Assembly (NCBI GenBank): GCA_963720755.1
Contig: CAVRGP010000015.1
Location: forward strand, 416,001-480,000
Origin: an uncultured Chloroflexia bacterium
GTDB taxonomy: Bacteria; Chloroflexota; Limnocylindria; Limnocylindrales; CSP1-4
Direction: 5' to 3'
Length of the DNA: 64,000 nt
Part shown: positions 47,444 through 57,749 of the stretch, in pieces
Numbering within the stretch: the stretch's first letter is position 1
Layout of the letters: every line of letters begins with the position of its first letter
Position numbers and translations under genes: made by a program
The notes under the pieces: generated by a model
Told to the model about the DNA's origin: nothing
The model's database searches: none
Seen by the model: only the letters and a program-made list of their open reading frames with translations

Positions 47444-49567
47444 ATGTTCGACGCGTTCGCCGAGGTCCCGGCCTACCCGCTCGTCTTCCCGATCTTCTGG
47501 GGCGCGTTCGGCGTCCTGATGCTGGTCCTGGCGCGGCGACTGCGGGTCTTCACGTCCGTCCGATCCGGCGTCTCGACCTCGGACGCGCAGATCGGACGCC
47601 GGGCCTGGGGGCTGTTCCGGTACACGATCCTTCAGACGAAGATGTTCCGTTGGACCAGGGCTGGATCGATCCACTACATCGTCTTCCTCGGATCGACGCT
47701 TCTGCTGATCGGGAACATCAATGTCGTCACCGGCGGGTTGGTCCAGGCGATCGCTTCGTGGCCCCTCGATGGGGTCGTGTGGGTCTTCCTCGTCGGCATC
47801 CAGAACATCATCGCGGTCGGCGTCCTGCTGGTCCTCATCTACCTGTTCAAGCGCCGCCTCGTCGACCGGCCCACCCGACTCTCGCTCAACCGGGCGGGTG
47901 TGCTGGTGCTGGTGATGATCGGCCTCGTCGTCGCGACCGAGTTCGTCGCCCAGGTGTTCGAGGTCGCGACGTACGGCCCGGTGGATGGCGCATTCATCGC
48001 GAACGCACTCGCCGTTCCGCTCGATCCGATCGACGTGTCGATCACCCAGGCTGCCTTCGGCGCGCTGTGGTGGAGCCACATCGTGGTGATGGCGGCGTTC
48101 CTCCTCTATATCCCGACGAACAAGCACTTCCACGTCTACACGGTCTTCGTCAACGTCTGGTTCCGAAAGCTCGCTCCGCGCGGCGAGTTGCCGAAGATGG
48201 ACCTCGAGGACGAGACCGCGACGTTCGGCTTGAAGACACTCCAGGACCTCGGCTGGAAGGACCTGCTCGACGGTTTCACCTGCACCGAGTGCGGTCGGTG
48301 CCAGGAAGCCTGCCCTGCCTTCAACACGGGCAAGCCGCTGAATCCGAAGACGATGATCATGGGCATCCGGTCGATGTCCGAGTCGGCCGAGCGAACGACC
48401 GACCTGATCCCGAATTCGCCCATCGTCCGCGACACCTACGGCCTCGACGACACGACCGTGTCGGCCGCGAAGCTGGGCCAGCCGATCGTCGATACGGCGA
48501 TCCCGTACGACGCGGTCTGGGACTGCGTGACCTGCGGGGCCTGTGTCGAGGCCTGCCCGGTCCTCATCGAGCACGTCGACAAGATCGTCGGTCTCCGCCG
48601 GAACCTCGTCCTCGAGGAGTCGCGGTTCCCGACGGAGCTCACGAGCGCCTTCCGGGCGATGGAGAACCAGGGAAACCCGTGGGGCCAGCCATCGTCGTCG
48701 AGGCTCGACTGGACGAAGCCGCTGGAATTCGAGGTCCCGACCGTCGCTGCGATGGCCGCCGACGGGCGCCTCGACGAACTCGAGGTCCTCTACTGGGTCG
48801 GTTGCGCAGCGGCGTTCGACACCCGGAACCAGAAGGTCGCGCGGGCCGTGGCGACCTGCCTCCACGCAGCCGGCGTTCGGTTCGCGATCCTCGGCCAGGA
48901 AGAATCGTGCACCGGCGACCCGGCTCGCCGGATGGGCAACGACTACGTGTACCAGATGCTCGCGATGGGGAATGTCGAGACCCTCGACAAGTACGCCATG
49001 GGCAAGCGGACGATCGTCACCGCCTGTCCGCACTGCTTCAACACGATCGGCAACGAGTACGGTCAGGCCGGTGGGCACTACACGATCGTCCACCACTCGA
49101 CGTTCCTGGCCGGCCTGGTCGCCTCGGGACGCCTGGCCACACTGCCGGAAGACGCGACATCCGCGACCGGCGACCATCGTCCCGGCAGCGTGACCGTCCA
49201 CGACTCCTGCTACCTCGCGCGCTACAACAACGTCATCGCGGCACCCCGTGACGTCCTGGGCGCTGCCGGGGTCACGATCACCGAGATGGAGAAGTCGGGG
49301 AAGAACACGTTCTGCTGCGGGGCCGGAGGAGGCCGGATGTGGATGGAGGAGACGCGGGGCACCCGGATCAACGAGTCGAGGACGAGCCAGGTGATCGCGA
49401 CCGGCGCCGAGACGGTCGCCACCTCGTGTCCGTTCTGCATGGTCATGATGACCGATGGTCTGGCCGCTGCCGACGGCGGAAGCGCCGTCAGCGCGATGGA
49501 TATCAGCGAAGTCCTGGCAGCACGGATCGCGTCCGTCCCCACTGAACGTCAGCTAACCGTGCTCTGA
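47444..49567 (+). CDS. FadF-like membrane Fe-S oxidoreductase (heterodisulfide reductase-related)
   Basis: N-terminal TMs, CTECGRCQEACP, CVTCGACVEACP, CCG domains (CCGAGGG). Confidence 0.9.
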   Translation: MFDAFAEVPAYPLVFPIFWGAFGVLMLVLARRLRVFTSVRSGVSTSDAQIGRRAWGLFRYTILQTKMFRWTRAGSIHYIVFLGSTLLLIGNINVVTGGLVQAIASWPLDGVVWVFLVGIQNIIAVGVLLVLIYLFKRRLVDRPTRLSLNRAGVLVLVMIGLVVATEFVAQVFEVATYGPVDGAFIANALAVPLDPIDVSITQAAFGALWWSHIVVMAAFLLYIPTNKHFHVYTVFVNVWFRKLAPRGELPKMDLEDETATFGLKTLQDLGWKDLLDGFTCTECGRCQEACPAFNTGKPLNPKTMIMGIRSMSESAERTTDLIPNSPIVRDTYGLDDTTVSAAKLGQPIVDTAIPYDAVWDCVTCGACVEACPVLIEHVDKIVGLRRNLVLEESRFPTELTSAFRAMENQGNPWGQPSSSRLDWTKPLEFEVPTVAAMAADGRLDELEVLYWVGCAAAFDTRNQKVARAVATCLHAAGVRFAILGQEESCTGDPARRMGNDYVYQMLAMGNVETLDKYAMGKRTIVTACPHCFNTIGNEYGQAGGHYTIVHHSTFLAGLVASGRLATLPEDATSATGDHRPGSVTVHDSCYLARYNNVIAAPRDVLGAAGVTITEMEKSGKNTFCCGAGGGRMWMEETRGTRINESRTSQVIATGAETVATSCPFCMVMMTDGLAAADGGSAVSAMDISEVLAARIASVPTERQLTVL

Positions 49568-49610
49568 GCACTCACCCAGGCGCCCACGTTGCGCTGGTAG
49601 GATGCCGGTG

Positions 49611-50783
49611 GTGACTGATCGCACGCCGCCCACCTACCGATTGTCCGAGGAGCAGACGCTCCTTCGGGATGCCGTCCGCACCCTGGCCGACGAGCGAGTC
49701 GCGCCGAGGGCCGCCGCGATCGACAAGGACGGCGCGTTTCCCCAGGACCTTCGCGAGTTGCTCGCGGCGCAGGACATCCTCGCCCTGCCGTTCCCTGAAG
49801 AGCACGGCGGGATCGGGGCGGATCTGCTGACCGTCTGCCTCGCGATCGAGCAACTCAGCCGGGCGTGCGCGACGACCGGTCTCATCCTGGCCGTGCAAGC
49901 CCTCGGTGCGCTACCCCTGCTGATGGCGGGGACGGCGGAGCAACAGGCCCGCTGGATCCCGCGGCTTGCCTCCGGGGAGCATCTCATCTCCTTTGCGCTC
50001 ACCGAGTCGGAGGCCGGATCTGACGCCAGCGGGATCAAGACGCGCGCGGTCCGCGATGGTGACGACTATGTGATCACCGGGTCCAAGCGGTTCATCACCC
50101 ACGGTTCGGTCGCGAACCTCATCACCGTCTTCGCGGTCACCGACCCGGATCCGTCGGCCGGTCACAAGCGTCTGTCGTGCTTTATCGTCGAGGTCCCGGC
50201 GGACGGTTTCGAGGTCACGCGTCTCGAGCACAAGATGGGTATCCGAGGCAGCCCCACCGCGGAGCTTGCCTTCGATGGCGTTCGGATCCCCGCGTCCAGT
50301 CTGATCGGCGAGGAGGGGGACGGATTCCGTCTGGCGATGGGCACGTTCGACCGGAGCCGGCCCGGGATCGCCGCCCAGGCCGTTGGGATCGCCCAGGGGG
50401 CGCTCGAGGTCGCCACGGCCTACGCGAAGGACCGTCGGCAGTTCGGGCAGCGTGTCGGCGACTTCCAGATGGTCGGCGCGATGCTCGCCGACATGGATGC
50501 CGCGACCGAGGCGGCACGTCAGCTGTTGTACAAGGCGTGCACGGAGATCGAGGCCGACCCGGCTACGGCGAGTCGCTGGGCCGCGATGTGTAAACTCGTG
50601 GCCGGGGACGCGGCGATGCGAGTCACCACCGATGCCGTCCAGGTACTCGGAGGGTACGGCTACATCGAAGAGTTCCCGGTGGAGCGGATGATGCGCGACG
50701 CGAAGATCACCCAGCTCTACGAAGGAACGCAGCAGATCCAACGTCTCGTCGTCGCACGGGCCTTGCTCGGACGGGACGGCTGA
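49611..50783 (+). CDS. Acyl-CoA dehydrogenase
   Basis: FALTESEAGSD, GSKRFIT, KMGIRGS, RQFG, LGGYGY, YEGTQQIQR. Confidence 0.95.
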   Translation: MTDRTPPTYRLSEEQTLLRDAVRTLADERVAPRAAAIDKDGAFPQDLRELLAAQDILALPFPEEHGGIGADLLTVCLAIEQLSRACATTGLILAVQALGALPLLMAGTAEQQARWIPRLASGEHLISFALTESEAGSDASGIKTRAVRDGDDYVITGSKRFITHGSVANLITVFAVTDPDPSAGHKRLSCFIVEVPADGFEVTRLEHKMGIRGSPTAELAFDGVRIPASSLIGEEGDGFRLAMGTFDRSRPGIAAQAVGIAQGALEVATAYAKDRRQFGQRVGDFQMVGAMLADMDAATEAARQLLYKACTEIEADPATASRWAAMCKLVAGDAAMRVTTDAVQVLGGYGYIEEFPVERMMRDAKITQLYEGTQQIQRLVVARALLGRDG

Positions 50784-50810
50784 CTCGTCGGCAGGGAGGA
50801 CCACCGCCCG

Positions 50811-51602
50811 GTGCGCATCGTCGTGCTCGTCAAACCCGTCCCGGACCCAGCCTCCGCCGGCGAGCGCCTGGATCCCGATCAGCGACTCGACCGAGCCTCC
50901 GTCCCGGCTGTCATCAACGGCAATGACGAATACGTCCTCGAGGCCGCGCTCAAGCTGATCGAGGCTGCCGGCGAGGGCGAGATCACGTTGCTGTCGATGG
51001 CGCCGGTGAATGGGCCTGAAACCCTGCGCAAGGGCCTTGCCATGGGTGCCCATCGCGGCGTCCACGTGACGGACCCCGCCCTGGCCGGCTCGTGCCTGGT
51101 GTCCACCGCGACCGTCCTGGCTGCCGCCCTGCGCGAACTCGAGTTCGACATGGTCTTTGCCGGGATCGACGCATCCGATGGGGTCGGCGGGATCGTTCCG
51201 GCCGCGGTCGCGGCCCACCTTGGGCTGCCGCTCCTGTCGTATGCCTCCCGGATCGAGCCGGACCCGGCCGCGGGTTCCGTCCGGGTCCGACGGATCAGCC
51301 CGACAGGCTACGACCTGCTCGAAGCTCCGATGCCGGTCGTCATCTCCGGGACGCAGGCGCTCGGGGAGCCTCGCTATCCGTCACTCAAGGGGATCATGGC
51401 CGCCCGCAACAAGGAGATCACCACCCGATCGCTCGCCGACCTGGGTCTGGATGCCGCGACGGTCGGATCGGCCGTGGCGACCACGGCGGTCCGTGCGAGT
51501 CAGCTGCCTCCGTCCCGCGCCGCCACGGAGATCGTTCGGGGCACGCCGGTGGAGGGTGCGACCCGGATCGTCGACTTCCTGGTCGAGCGGAGGATCATCT
51601 GA
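50811..51602 (+). CDS. etfB: Electron transfer flavoprotein beta subunit
   Basis: VLVKPVPD, LAMGA, EPRYPSLKGIMAA. Confidence 0.93.
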   Translation: MRIVVLVKPVPDPASAGERLDPDQRLDRASVPAVINGNDEYVLEAALKLIEAAGEGEITLLSMAPVNGPETLRKGLAMGAHRGVHVTDPALAGSCLVSTATVLAAALRELEFDMVFAGIDASDGVGGIVPAAVAAHLGLPLLSYASRIEPDPAAGSVRVRRISPTGYDLLEAPMPVVISGTQALGEPRYPSLKGIMAARNKEITTRSLADLGLDAATVGSAVATTAVRASQLPPSRAATEIVRGTPVEGATRIVDFLVERRII

Positions 51603-52579
51603 TGGGCGCGTTCTGGGTCATCGCGGAGCCAGGGCCCGACGGCGGGTTGGCGAGGATCAGCGCCGAAGCCGCGACCCTTGCCCGCGGCCTTGCGGCGGGC
51701 GCCGGCCGCGAGGTGATCGGCCTGGCCATCGGACAGGATCCGGCAGCGACGGCGGCCGAGCTTGCAGCCTATCTGCCGGTGGTCTGGTCCATCGCCGACC
51801 CGGCTGCGGCGGATCATGCCTGGTCGGCGGTCGCCGCGGGTCACGTGGCCGCATTGCTCGCGACCGAGGAGCCCGACGTGATCTTCGTGGGTGCCGGGGC
51901 CGACGGTCGTGACCTGGCGGGCGCTGTTTCGGCCATGACTGGACTCGGCGTCTTGGTCAACGCGACGGGCGTCACCTGGACCGACGACGGGCCGGCGGTC
52001 GAGATGAGCGTGTTCGGCGGCAAACTCCTGACGACGTCCGGGTTCGTCGCCGGTCGCGGATTCATCGCGATCCGGCCGAACGTGACGACCGCGACCGAGG
52101 CCCAGGAGGTCGGGCGGGTCGAACCGCGAGCGGGGGCATCCGCGGCCACGCTGCCCGCGGTCCGTATCGTCGAACGGGTCAGCGAGGCGGAGGCGGCGGC
52201 GCCGATCGAGGAAGCCCGGATCATCGTCGCGGGCGGCCGGGGTGTCGCCGGACCCGACGGCTTCGGCATCGTTCGCGACCTTGCGGAGGTGCTCGGCGGC
52301 GCAGTCGGGGCGTCGCGTGCGGCCGTCGACTCCGGGTGGATCCCATACAGCCAGCAGATCGGCCAGACCGGCAAGATCGTCAAGCCGGAGCTGTACCTCG
52401 CGCTCGGGATCAGCGGCGCGATCCAGCACAAGGTCGGGATGCGGACATCGGGTGCCATCGTGGCGATCAACCGGGATGTGGACGCGCCGATCGCCGAATT
52501 CGCCGATCTATTCGTCGCCGGCGACCTGTTCGAGGTAGGCGGCGCGCTACTCGAACTGCTGCGCACGCGGTCGAGCTGA
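51602..52579 (+). CDS. etfA: Electron transfer flavoprotein alpha subunit
   Basis: GGRG, VGASRAAVD, QIGQTGK, GISGAIQH, AINRD..API. Confidence 0.95.
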   Translation: MGAFWVIAEPGPDGGLARISAEAATLARGLAAGAGREVIGLAIGQDPAATAAELAAYLPVVWSIADPAAADHAWSAVAAGHVAALLATEEPDVIFVGAGADGRDLAGAVSAMTGLGVLVNATGVTWTDDGPAVEMSVFGGKLLTTSGFVAGRGFIAIRPNVTTATEAQEVGRVEPRAGASAATLPAVRIVERVSEAEAAAPIEEARIIVAGGRGVAGPDGFGIVRDLAEVLGGAVGASRAAVDSGWIPYSQQIGQTGKIVKPELYLALGISGAIQHKVGMRTSGAIVAINRDVDAPIAEFADLFVAGDLFEVGGALLELLRTRSS

Positions 52580-52603
52580 ACCCGGCCCCGGGGCACGGAC
52601 CGC

Positions 52604-53140
52604 ATGACCGACCTCATCGTCCTGCTGCCGATCGCGGCGTTCATCGCGCTGGTGGCCGGCCTGGCCGTCGTCCTCCGCGGCACGGGACGGATCGTCGCGC
52701 GGACCCGGGAGGTCGAACGGTTCCGGACCAATGTCCGTGACCTTGCGGCACGGATCGACGTGTCGCTTGGCGGTGCAGTCGGCGAGATCGATGCCGTCCG
52801 CCGGCGCCAGGTCGATCCCGAAACGATCGCGCCGACCGTGATGGCCGCGACCGAAGCCGTGCACCGGTACCTGGACGAAGCTCGAGCACTCGGCGGTCCG
52901 CCTGCCGCCGTGCAGATCCGGACCGATATCGTGGCCGACCTGGAACGCGCGGAACGCGCCCTCGAGATGGTCGACCACGGGACGACCATCATGATCACGG
53001 CTCGTCGTGGACCGCGGGAGTTGGAGGCGCAGACGTCGGTCAAGCGGGGCTATCTGAACCTGATCCATGCGCGCGAGGCGATCGCCCGTCACGCACTCGC
53101 TGCAGATGAGCTCGAAGCCGGTGATCGACACACCATCTAG
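52604..53140 (+). CDS. Hypothetical N-terminally anchored helical protein
   Basis: N-terminal TM followed by helical bundle; co-oriented and fills the etfA-nrdR gap. Confidence 0.65.
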   Translation: MTDLIVLLPIAAFIALVAGLAVVLRGTGRIVARTREVERFRTNVRDLAARIDVSLGGAVGEIDAVRRRQVDPETIAPTVMAATEAVHRYLDEARALGGPPAAVQIRTDIVADLERAERALEMVDHGTTIMITARRGPRELEAQTSVKRGYLNLIHAREAIARHALAADELEAGDRHTI

Positions 53141-53174
53141 TGGTATCCTCGCCGGGCACCACTATCCCTTGTGG
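53128..53174 (+). promoter_or_regulatory. Tandem NrdR boxes flanking a -10 element (TATCCT 53144-53149)
   Basis: ACACACCATCTAGTGG (53128-53143) and CCACTATCCCTTGTGG (53159-53174), 31 bp apart, directly upstream of nrdR. Confidence 0.8.
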
Positions 53175-53195
53175 TATGAGGCGGACTGGAGAGCG

Positions 53196-53672
53196 ATGCG
53201 CTGCCCCCAATGCGGTGACAGGGAGACGCGCGTCGTCGACTCCCGAGACCTCGATGATTCGGCCACGATCCGACGCCGGCGCGAGTGTGCGTCATGCAGC
53301 ATGCGGTTCACCACGTACGAGCGCGTCGAAGCTGCCCGGCTGGTCATCATCAAGCGCGATGGGGCACGGCAGGAATTCGACCGCGATCGGCTCGTGTCCG
53401 GCCTGCGCAAGGCCCTGACCCGCCGGCCCGTCCCTGACGATGCCGCTGAGACCGCTGCCGACGCGATCGAAGCCGAGTTGCGTGCCGCGGGCGTGACCGA
53501 GGTCCCGTCGTCGACGGTCGGCGCGCTGGCGATGGAACGACTTCGCGGCATCGACCAGATCGCGTACATCAGGTTCGCCAGCGTGTATCAGAGCTTCGAG
53601 GATCTGGAGGCACTCAAGCGCGAGGTGGATACGCTCTACGCAGAACGCGGCACCGGGGCACTGGTCAAATGA
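53196..53672 (+). CDS. nrdR: Transcriptional repressor NrdR
   Basis: [31 protein letters not shown] cone, AYIRFASVY. Confidence 0.97.
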   Translation: MRCPQCGDRETRVVDSRDLDDSATIRRRRECASCSMRFTTYERVEAARLVIIKRDGARQEFDRDRLVSGLRKALTRRPVPDDAAETAADAIEAELRAAGVTEVPSSTVGALAMERLRGIDQIAYIRFASVYQSFEDLEALKREVDTLYAERGTGALVK

Positions 53673-54268
53673 GCGTCCTGTCCGACCGCGACATCCGGGC
53701 CGCACTGGAAGCCGGGACCGTGCGGATCGAGCCCTACGATGCGCACGACCTCCAGCCGTCGTCGGTCGACCTGCACCTCGACCGATCGTTCCGGGTCTTT
53801 CGGAACAATCGCTACGCGTTCATCGACGTCCGCGCCCCGCAACCCGACCTGACCGAGCTGTTGACCATCTCGGACGATGAGCCGTTCATCCTCCATCCCG
53901 GTGAATTCGTCCTCGGCCAGACCCACGAGTGGGTGGAGCTTCCCGACGATCTCGTCGCGCGTCTCGAGGGGAAGAGTTCGCTCGGCCGTCTCGGCCTGCT
54001 CATCCACTCGACCGCGGGCTACGTGGATCCTGGCTGGAAGGGCAATCTGACCCTCGAGCTGTCGAACGTCGCGAACCTGCCGATCGCCCTCTACTACGGG
54101 ATGCGGATCGGCCAGATCAGCTTCTTCAAGATGTCCAGCCCGGTCGATCGACCGTACGGGTCCGCCGAGCTCGGCTCCAAGTACCAGGGTCAGTCGGAAC
54201 CGACGGCATCGGCGTTCCACCGCGATTTCGAGGCCGGTCGTTCGACCGGGGAGCCGGCACGCAAGTAA
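53669..54268 (+). CDS. dcd: dCTP deaminase
   Basis: [43 protein letters not shown]. Confidence 0.96.
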   Translation: MSVLSDRDIRAALEAGTVRIEPYDAHDLQPSSVDLHLDRSFRVFRNNRYAFIDVRAPQPDLTELLTISDDEPFILHPGEFVLGQTHEWVELPDDLVARLEGKSSLGRLGLLIHSTAGYVDPGWKGNLTLELSNVANLPIALYYGMRIGQISFFKMSSPVDRPYGSAELGSKYQGQSEPTASAFHRDFEAGRSTGEPARK

Positions 54269-54272
54269 GCCG

Positions 54273-55142
54273 ATGGCCATGAACGATTCGGTCGATTGGG
54301 CCAGCGACCTCGGCGGCGGTGTCCGGGTCGCGCTGATCCAGGCTGGTTCGTTCCGGTCGGATGCCGGGGTCCTGTTCGGTCCGGTGCCGTGGGTTCTGTG
54401 GGATCGGCTCGTCGACCAGGAGGTGGACGACAAGCGACGATTGCTCCAGGCGCTCAACTGCCTGCTGATCGAGACCCCAGCCGGTCGGGTCCTGGTCGAG
54501 ACCGGGATCGGGGAGCGGGCCGACGACAAGACGCGGGAGATGCGGTCGTACGAGGGCCCGGCCATCATCCCGGCACTCGAGGCAGCCGGGTTCCAGCCGG
54601 CAACCGTCGATATCGTCGCGATGAGCCATCTCCATTTCGACCATGCCGGCGGCCTGCTCCGGGCCGATGGCTCGAGAGCCTTCCCTCGGTCTTCGATCGT
54701 CGCCCAGCGGGCTGAATGGGAGGTGGCTCTCGGCGACAACCCGAGGCTCGTGGCCTCGTACGTCCAGCCGGAATTGCAGCTGGTCCGGGATTGGGGTGCC
54801 GAGGGCTGGGTCGATGGCGAGAAGGAGCTGCTGCCCGGCGTGTCCGCGGTCCCGACAGGCGGCCATTCGACCGGGCACCAGGCGATCATCGTGCGCGGGT
54901 CCGGCGATGGCGGTCGGACCCTGGCCTTCTTCGGCGACCTCCTGATGCGGCCGTGGGCCGCCAATCCGCGCTGGGTCACGTCATACGACGACTTCCCGCT
55001 GGACTCGGTCAGCCGAAAGGCGGAGTTGTTCGCCCAGGCCGCCGATGAGGGGTGGATCGTCGTTCTGTCGCACGAGACCCGGCACCCGATCGGCCGGCTC
55101 GTCCGTGACCGCGATCGATTCCGGTACGAGGCCGCCGCCTGA
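54273..55142 (+). CDS. Metallo-beta-lactamase fold hydrolase (YtnP-like)
   Basis: DAG.LFG.VP, SHLHFDHAGG, GHS.GHQ, GDL. Confidence 0.9.
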   Translation: MAMNDSVDWASDLGGGVRVALIQAGSFRSDAGVLFGPVPWVLWDRLVDQEVDDKRRLLQALNCLLIETPAGRVLVETGIGERADDKTREMRSYEGPAIIPALEAAGFQPATVDIVAMSHLHFDHAGGLLRADGSRAFPRSSIVAQRAEWEVALGDNPRLVASYVQPELQLVRDWGAEGWVDGEKELLPGVSAVPTGGHSTGHQAIIVRGSGDGGRTLAFFGDLLMRPWAANPRWVTSYDDFPLDSVSRKAELFAQAADEGWIVVLSHETRHPIGRLVRDRDRFRYEAAA

Positions 55143-55144
55143 CC

Positions 55145-55819
55145 CTAGTTCGGTGGCAGGATCGCCTCGATCTGGGCGATCGCGGCGGCCGTGTCCAGGG
55201 GAGCACCGACGATCGAGGCGATGACCCCGTCCGGATCGATGAACACCTGGGTCGGGAGGCCGAAGGCCTTGTACTCGTGGAAGATCTTCCCGGAGCCATC
55301 GAACCCGATCGTGTAGCCGAGATCGTACCGAGCCGCATACGCCGCAACGTCGGCCGGGGACGTCTCCTGGACGCTGATCGCAACCAGCACGAGGCCTTGG
55401 TCCTTGTACCGTTCGGAGAGGTCGCGCAGGGTCGGTACCTCGGATTGGCAGGGCGGGCACCAGGTCGTCCAGAAGTTGATCCAGACGGCCTTGCCTCGGA
55501 GGTCTGCAAGGCGGACCGGCGTGCCGTCGAGGTCAGTCAGCTGATAGGTCGTGCCGTCGTCGTTCGTGATGGTGAACTCCGGCGCCATCGCCCCGACGAC
55601 CAGGCCGGTCGCGGGCGGCGAGGAGAGGATGTAGGCGGTCGCGTGCGGATCCACGACGGCCGGCCCGTCGGCGGTATTGCCCAGGGGCGTGGTCACCCCG
55701 ACGAGGATGACGACGGCCATGACGACCGCAACGAATGCGAACACGAGTTGGCGCCCGCTGAACGGGCCGATCACCCCGTGCCGTTCGCGCTTGTGACTGA
55801 ACTCTGGTCGATCGGTCAT
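55145..55819 (-). CDS. Membrane-anchored TlpA/ResA thioredoxin
   Basis: TM helix, APEFT, INFWTTWCPPC, GLPT..ID..G. Confidence 0.9.
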   Translation of the reverse strand: MTDRPEFSHKRERHGVIGPFSGRQLVFAFVAVVMAVVILVGVTTPLGNTADGPAVVDPHATAYILSSPPATGLVVGAMAPEFTITNDDGTTYQLTDLDGTPVRLADLRGKAVWINFWTTWCPPCQSEVPTLRDLSERYKDQGLVLVAISVQETSPADVAAYAARYDLGYTIGFDGSGKIFHEYKAFGLPTQVFIDPDGVIASIVGAPLDTAAAIAQIEAILPPN

Positions 55820-56631
55820 CAGATGGCCGTGTTGAAGTTGAAGTAGCGGGGGAAGAGCACCAGCCAGTCGAACAGCATGGCCAGCCCGATGAATACGACC
55901 AGCAGGCCGCCGATGAGAGAGACGGTCCGACCGTGCCGAACGAGCGGGGCCATCAGCCGGGGCGCGCGGTCGAAAACGAGTGCGAGGAGGAGGAACGGCA
56001 GGCCGAGCCCGATCGTGTACGCGACGAGGAGCACGGTACCCTGGACGACGGTCCCCGATGTCGCGGCCATGGTCAGGATGCCGCCGAGGATGATCCCGAT
56101 GCACGGGCTCCAGCCGATCGCGAAGATGGACCCGAGGCCGAACGATGCAAGCCACCCACCGCGTGACGTGACGAGCCGGCTGCCCAGGCGGTCACCCATT
56201 CCTGGCGACGAGGTCGAGAACGAAGTCGATCCCGTGGCCGACGCGAGCGACTCTGCGGCGCCAGCATCCAGCGGGCGCCAGGTGCGCTGGAGGCCGGGGA
56301 TGCGCAACAGGCCGGCGAGTTCAAGCCCGAGCACGACGAGGACCAGGCCGCCGATGGTGCGCAAGGCCGGAAGGTAGTCGACCAGCGGTCCGGCGGCGAA
56401 GGTCGCCGTGATCCCGAGGATCGTGAAGACGGCCCCGAACCCGGCGACGAACGCGAGCGCATGCCGCATCGCCAGCCAGCGTGATGGGCGAGCCCCGGCC
56501 GCCGAACCAGCCACCGCGATGGCAGTGAGTTGGCCAAGGTACGCCGGAACGAGGGGCAGGACGCAGGGTGACAGGAAGCTGATGACTCCCGCAGCGAGGG
56601 CGACGACGATCGTGAGGTCGGTGCCGGACAT
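55819..56631 (-). CDS. ccdA: CcdA disulfide reductase
   Basis: AGVISFLSPCVLPLVPAY, GWSPCIG, Y.IGLGLPFL. Confidence 0.93.
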   Translation of the reverse strand: MSGTDLTIVVALAAGVISFLSPCVLPLVPAYLGQLTAIAVAGSAAGARPSRWLAMRHALAFVAGFGAVFTILGITATFAAGPLVDYLPALRTIGGLVLVVLGLELAGLLRIPGLQRTWRPLDAGAAESLASATGSTSFSTSSPGMGDRLGSRLVTSRGGWLASFGLGSIFAIGWSPCIGIILGGILTMAATSGTVVQGTVLLVAYTIGLGLPFLLLALVFDRAPRLMAPLVRHGRTVSLIGGLLVVFIGLAMLFDWLVLFPRYFNFNTAI

Positions 56632-56640
56632 CGAACTCCG

Positions 56641-56919
56641 TCAGGCGTCCAGGGCGTCGGCCAGGAAAGTACGCAATCTCACGGCGCTGGTGGCCAGTTC
56701 GAGCCGACGGTCGCCTAGCTCCACGACCGGGATCGACGTGAAGTACGCCTGCTCCCAGGCGGGGTCGGACTGGATGTCGCGTTCGACGACGGTCGGTGCC
56801 GGGCGCCCGGCCCGGGTTCGCTCGTCGAGGAGTGCATTGAGGATCGCGCGCGCATCGTCACAGAGGTGACAGCCCGGCCGGCTGTACAGGACGAGGTCGG
56901 GGAGGGGAGCGGTCGTCAC
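56641..56919 (-). CDS. Glutaredoxin-like (DUF836) protein
   Basis: LYSRPGCHLCDDA, DI..D......IPVV; GTG start 7 nt after TACAAT. Confidence 0.85.
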   Translation of the reverse strand: MTTAPLPDLVLYSRPGCHLCDDARAILNALLDERTRAGRPAPTVVERDIQSDPAWEQAYFTSIPVVELGDRRLELATSAVRLRTFLADALDA

Positions 56920-56979
56920 GCCGCCGATTGTAGGCGAGGGCGCGGATCTGCCCCTCTTCCGCGGTAGGATGAAGTGCGC

Positions 56980-57055
56980 GCCCCCGTAGCTCAGTGGACA
57001 GAGCGAGGCCGTCCTAAGGCCTGCGTCGGCGGTTCGAGTCCGTCCGGGGGCGCCA
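56980..57055 (+). tRNA. tRNA-Arg (anticodon CCT)
   Basis: GCCCCCG/CGGGGGC acceptor stem, AGGCC-GTCCTAA-GGCCT anticodon arm, GGTTCGAGTCC, encoded CCA; TAGGAT -10 upstream. Confidence 0.95.
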
Positions 57056-57104
57056 CGCCACGTCTGCGTTCGGCGCGCCGCGTTCGGTGTCCGCGTTGGG
57101 GCGC

Positions 57105-57749
57105 TCAGCAGATCACTTCGCCTGGGGCGCCGCGCCACCAACCGCCCGGGTACGCGATCGCGAAGATGGAGTGGCCGGCGGCGTTGTACGAGGCGACGAC
57201 GATCGCGTGGTAATCGAGGCCATCCGGGCCGACCGGAGGACCAGCGCACTCGTAGTAGGACGGCGCGACCCAGCTGATCTCACCTGCGGCCGCCGTTGCT
57301 GTGGCCGCCAGAGCCATGACCGACGGGGGAAGTTGCGTGTGCTCGACCAAGCACGGCCCACTGGTCCCTGGAGACGGGTCGCTCGGCTCCGACAGGCACT
57401 CGGTGACACCGTAGACCCTGATCTCCACGCCCGCCGTGAGGGGAGCCTTCCAACGGACAATGTGCGTGGCCTGGTATGTGATCTCGTCAGTCCCGGTGGG
57501 CCCCGGGAGCTCCACGACGTCAGTCTTGAACGTCACGCCGGTCGGCTTCGCCGGAACGGTGGCCGCCGCCGGGGCCGATGATCGCGTCGCAGTATCCAGC
57601 GGAGTGGCTGCGATGGAGACGAGACTGGACGCAGTGCTCGACGGGGGGGCGCTGGCACTTGGTGACGAGGTGGATTGGCAGGCCGCAACCGCGACACAGG
57701 CCGCGATCGCGAGCGCGCGTCCGAGTGTGGCGATCGAAAGCGGGCTCAT
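57105..57749 (-). CDS. Hypothetical lipoprotein with FN3-like beta domain
   Basis: VAVAAC lipobox, Ser/Thr/Pro linker, PAKPTGV...VRW...V.SYNAAG.S pattern. Confidence 0.7.
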   Translation of the reverse strand: MSPLSIATLGRALAIAACVAVAACQSTSSPSASAPPSSTASSLVSIAATPLDTATRSSAPAAATVPAKPTGVTFKTDVVELPGPTGTDEITYQATHIVRWKAPLTAGVEIRVYGVTECLSEPSDPSPGTSGPCLVEHTQLPPSVMALAATATAAAGEISWVAPSYYECAGPPVGPDGLDYHAIVVASYNAAGHSIFAIAYPGGWWRGAPGEVIC

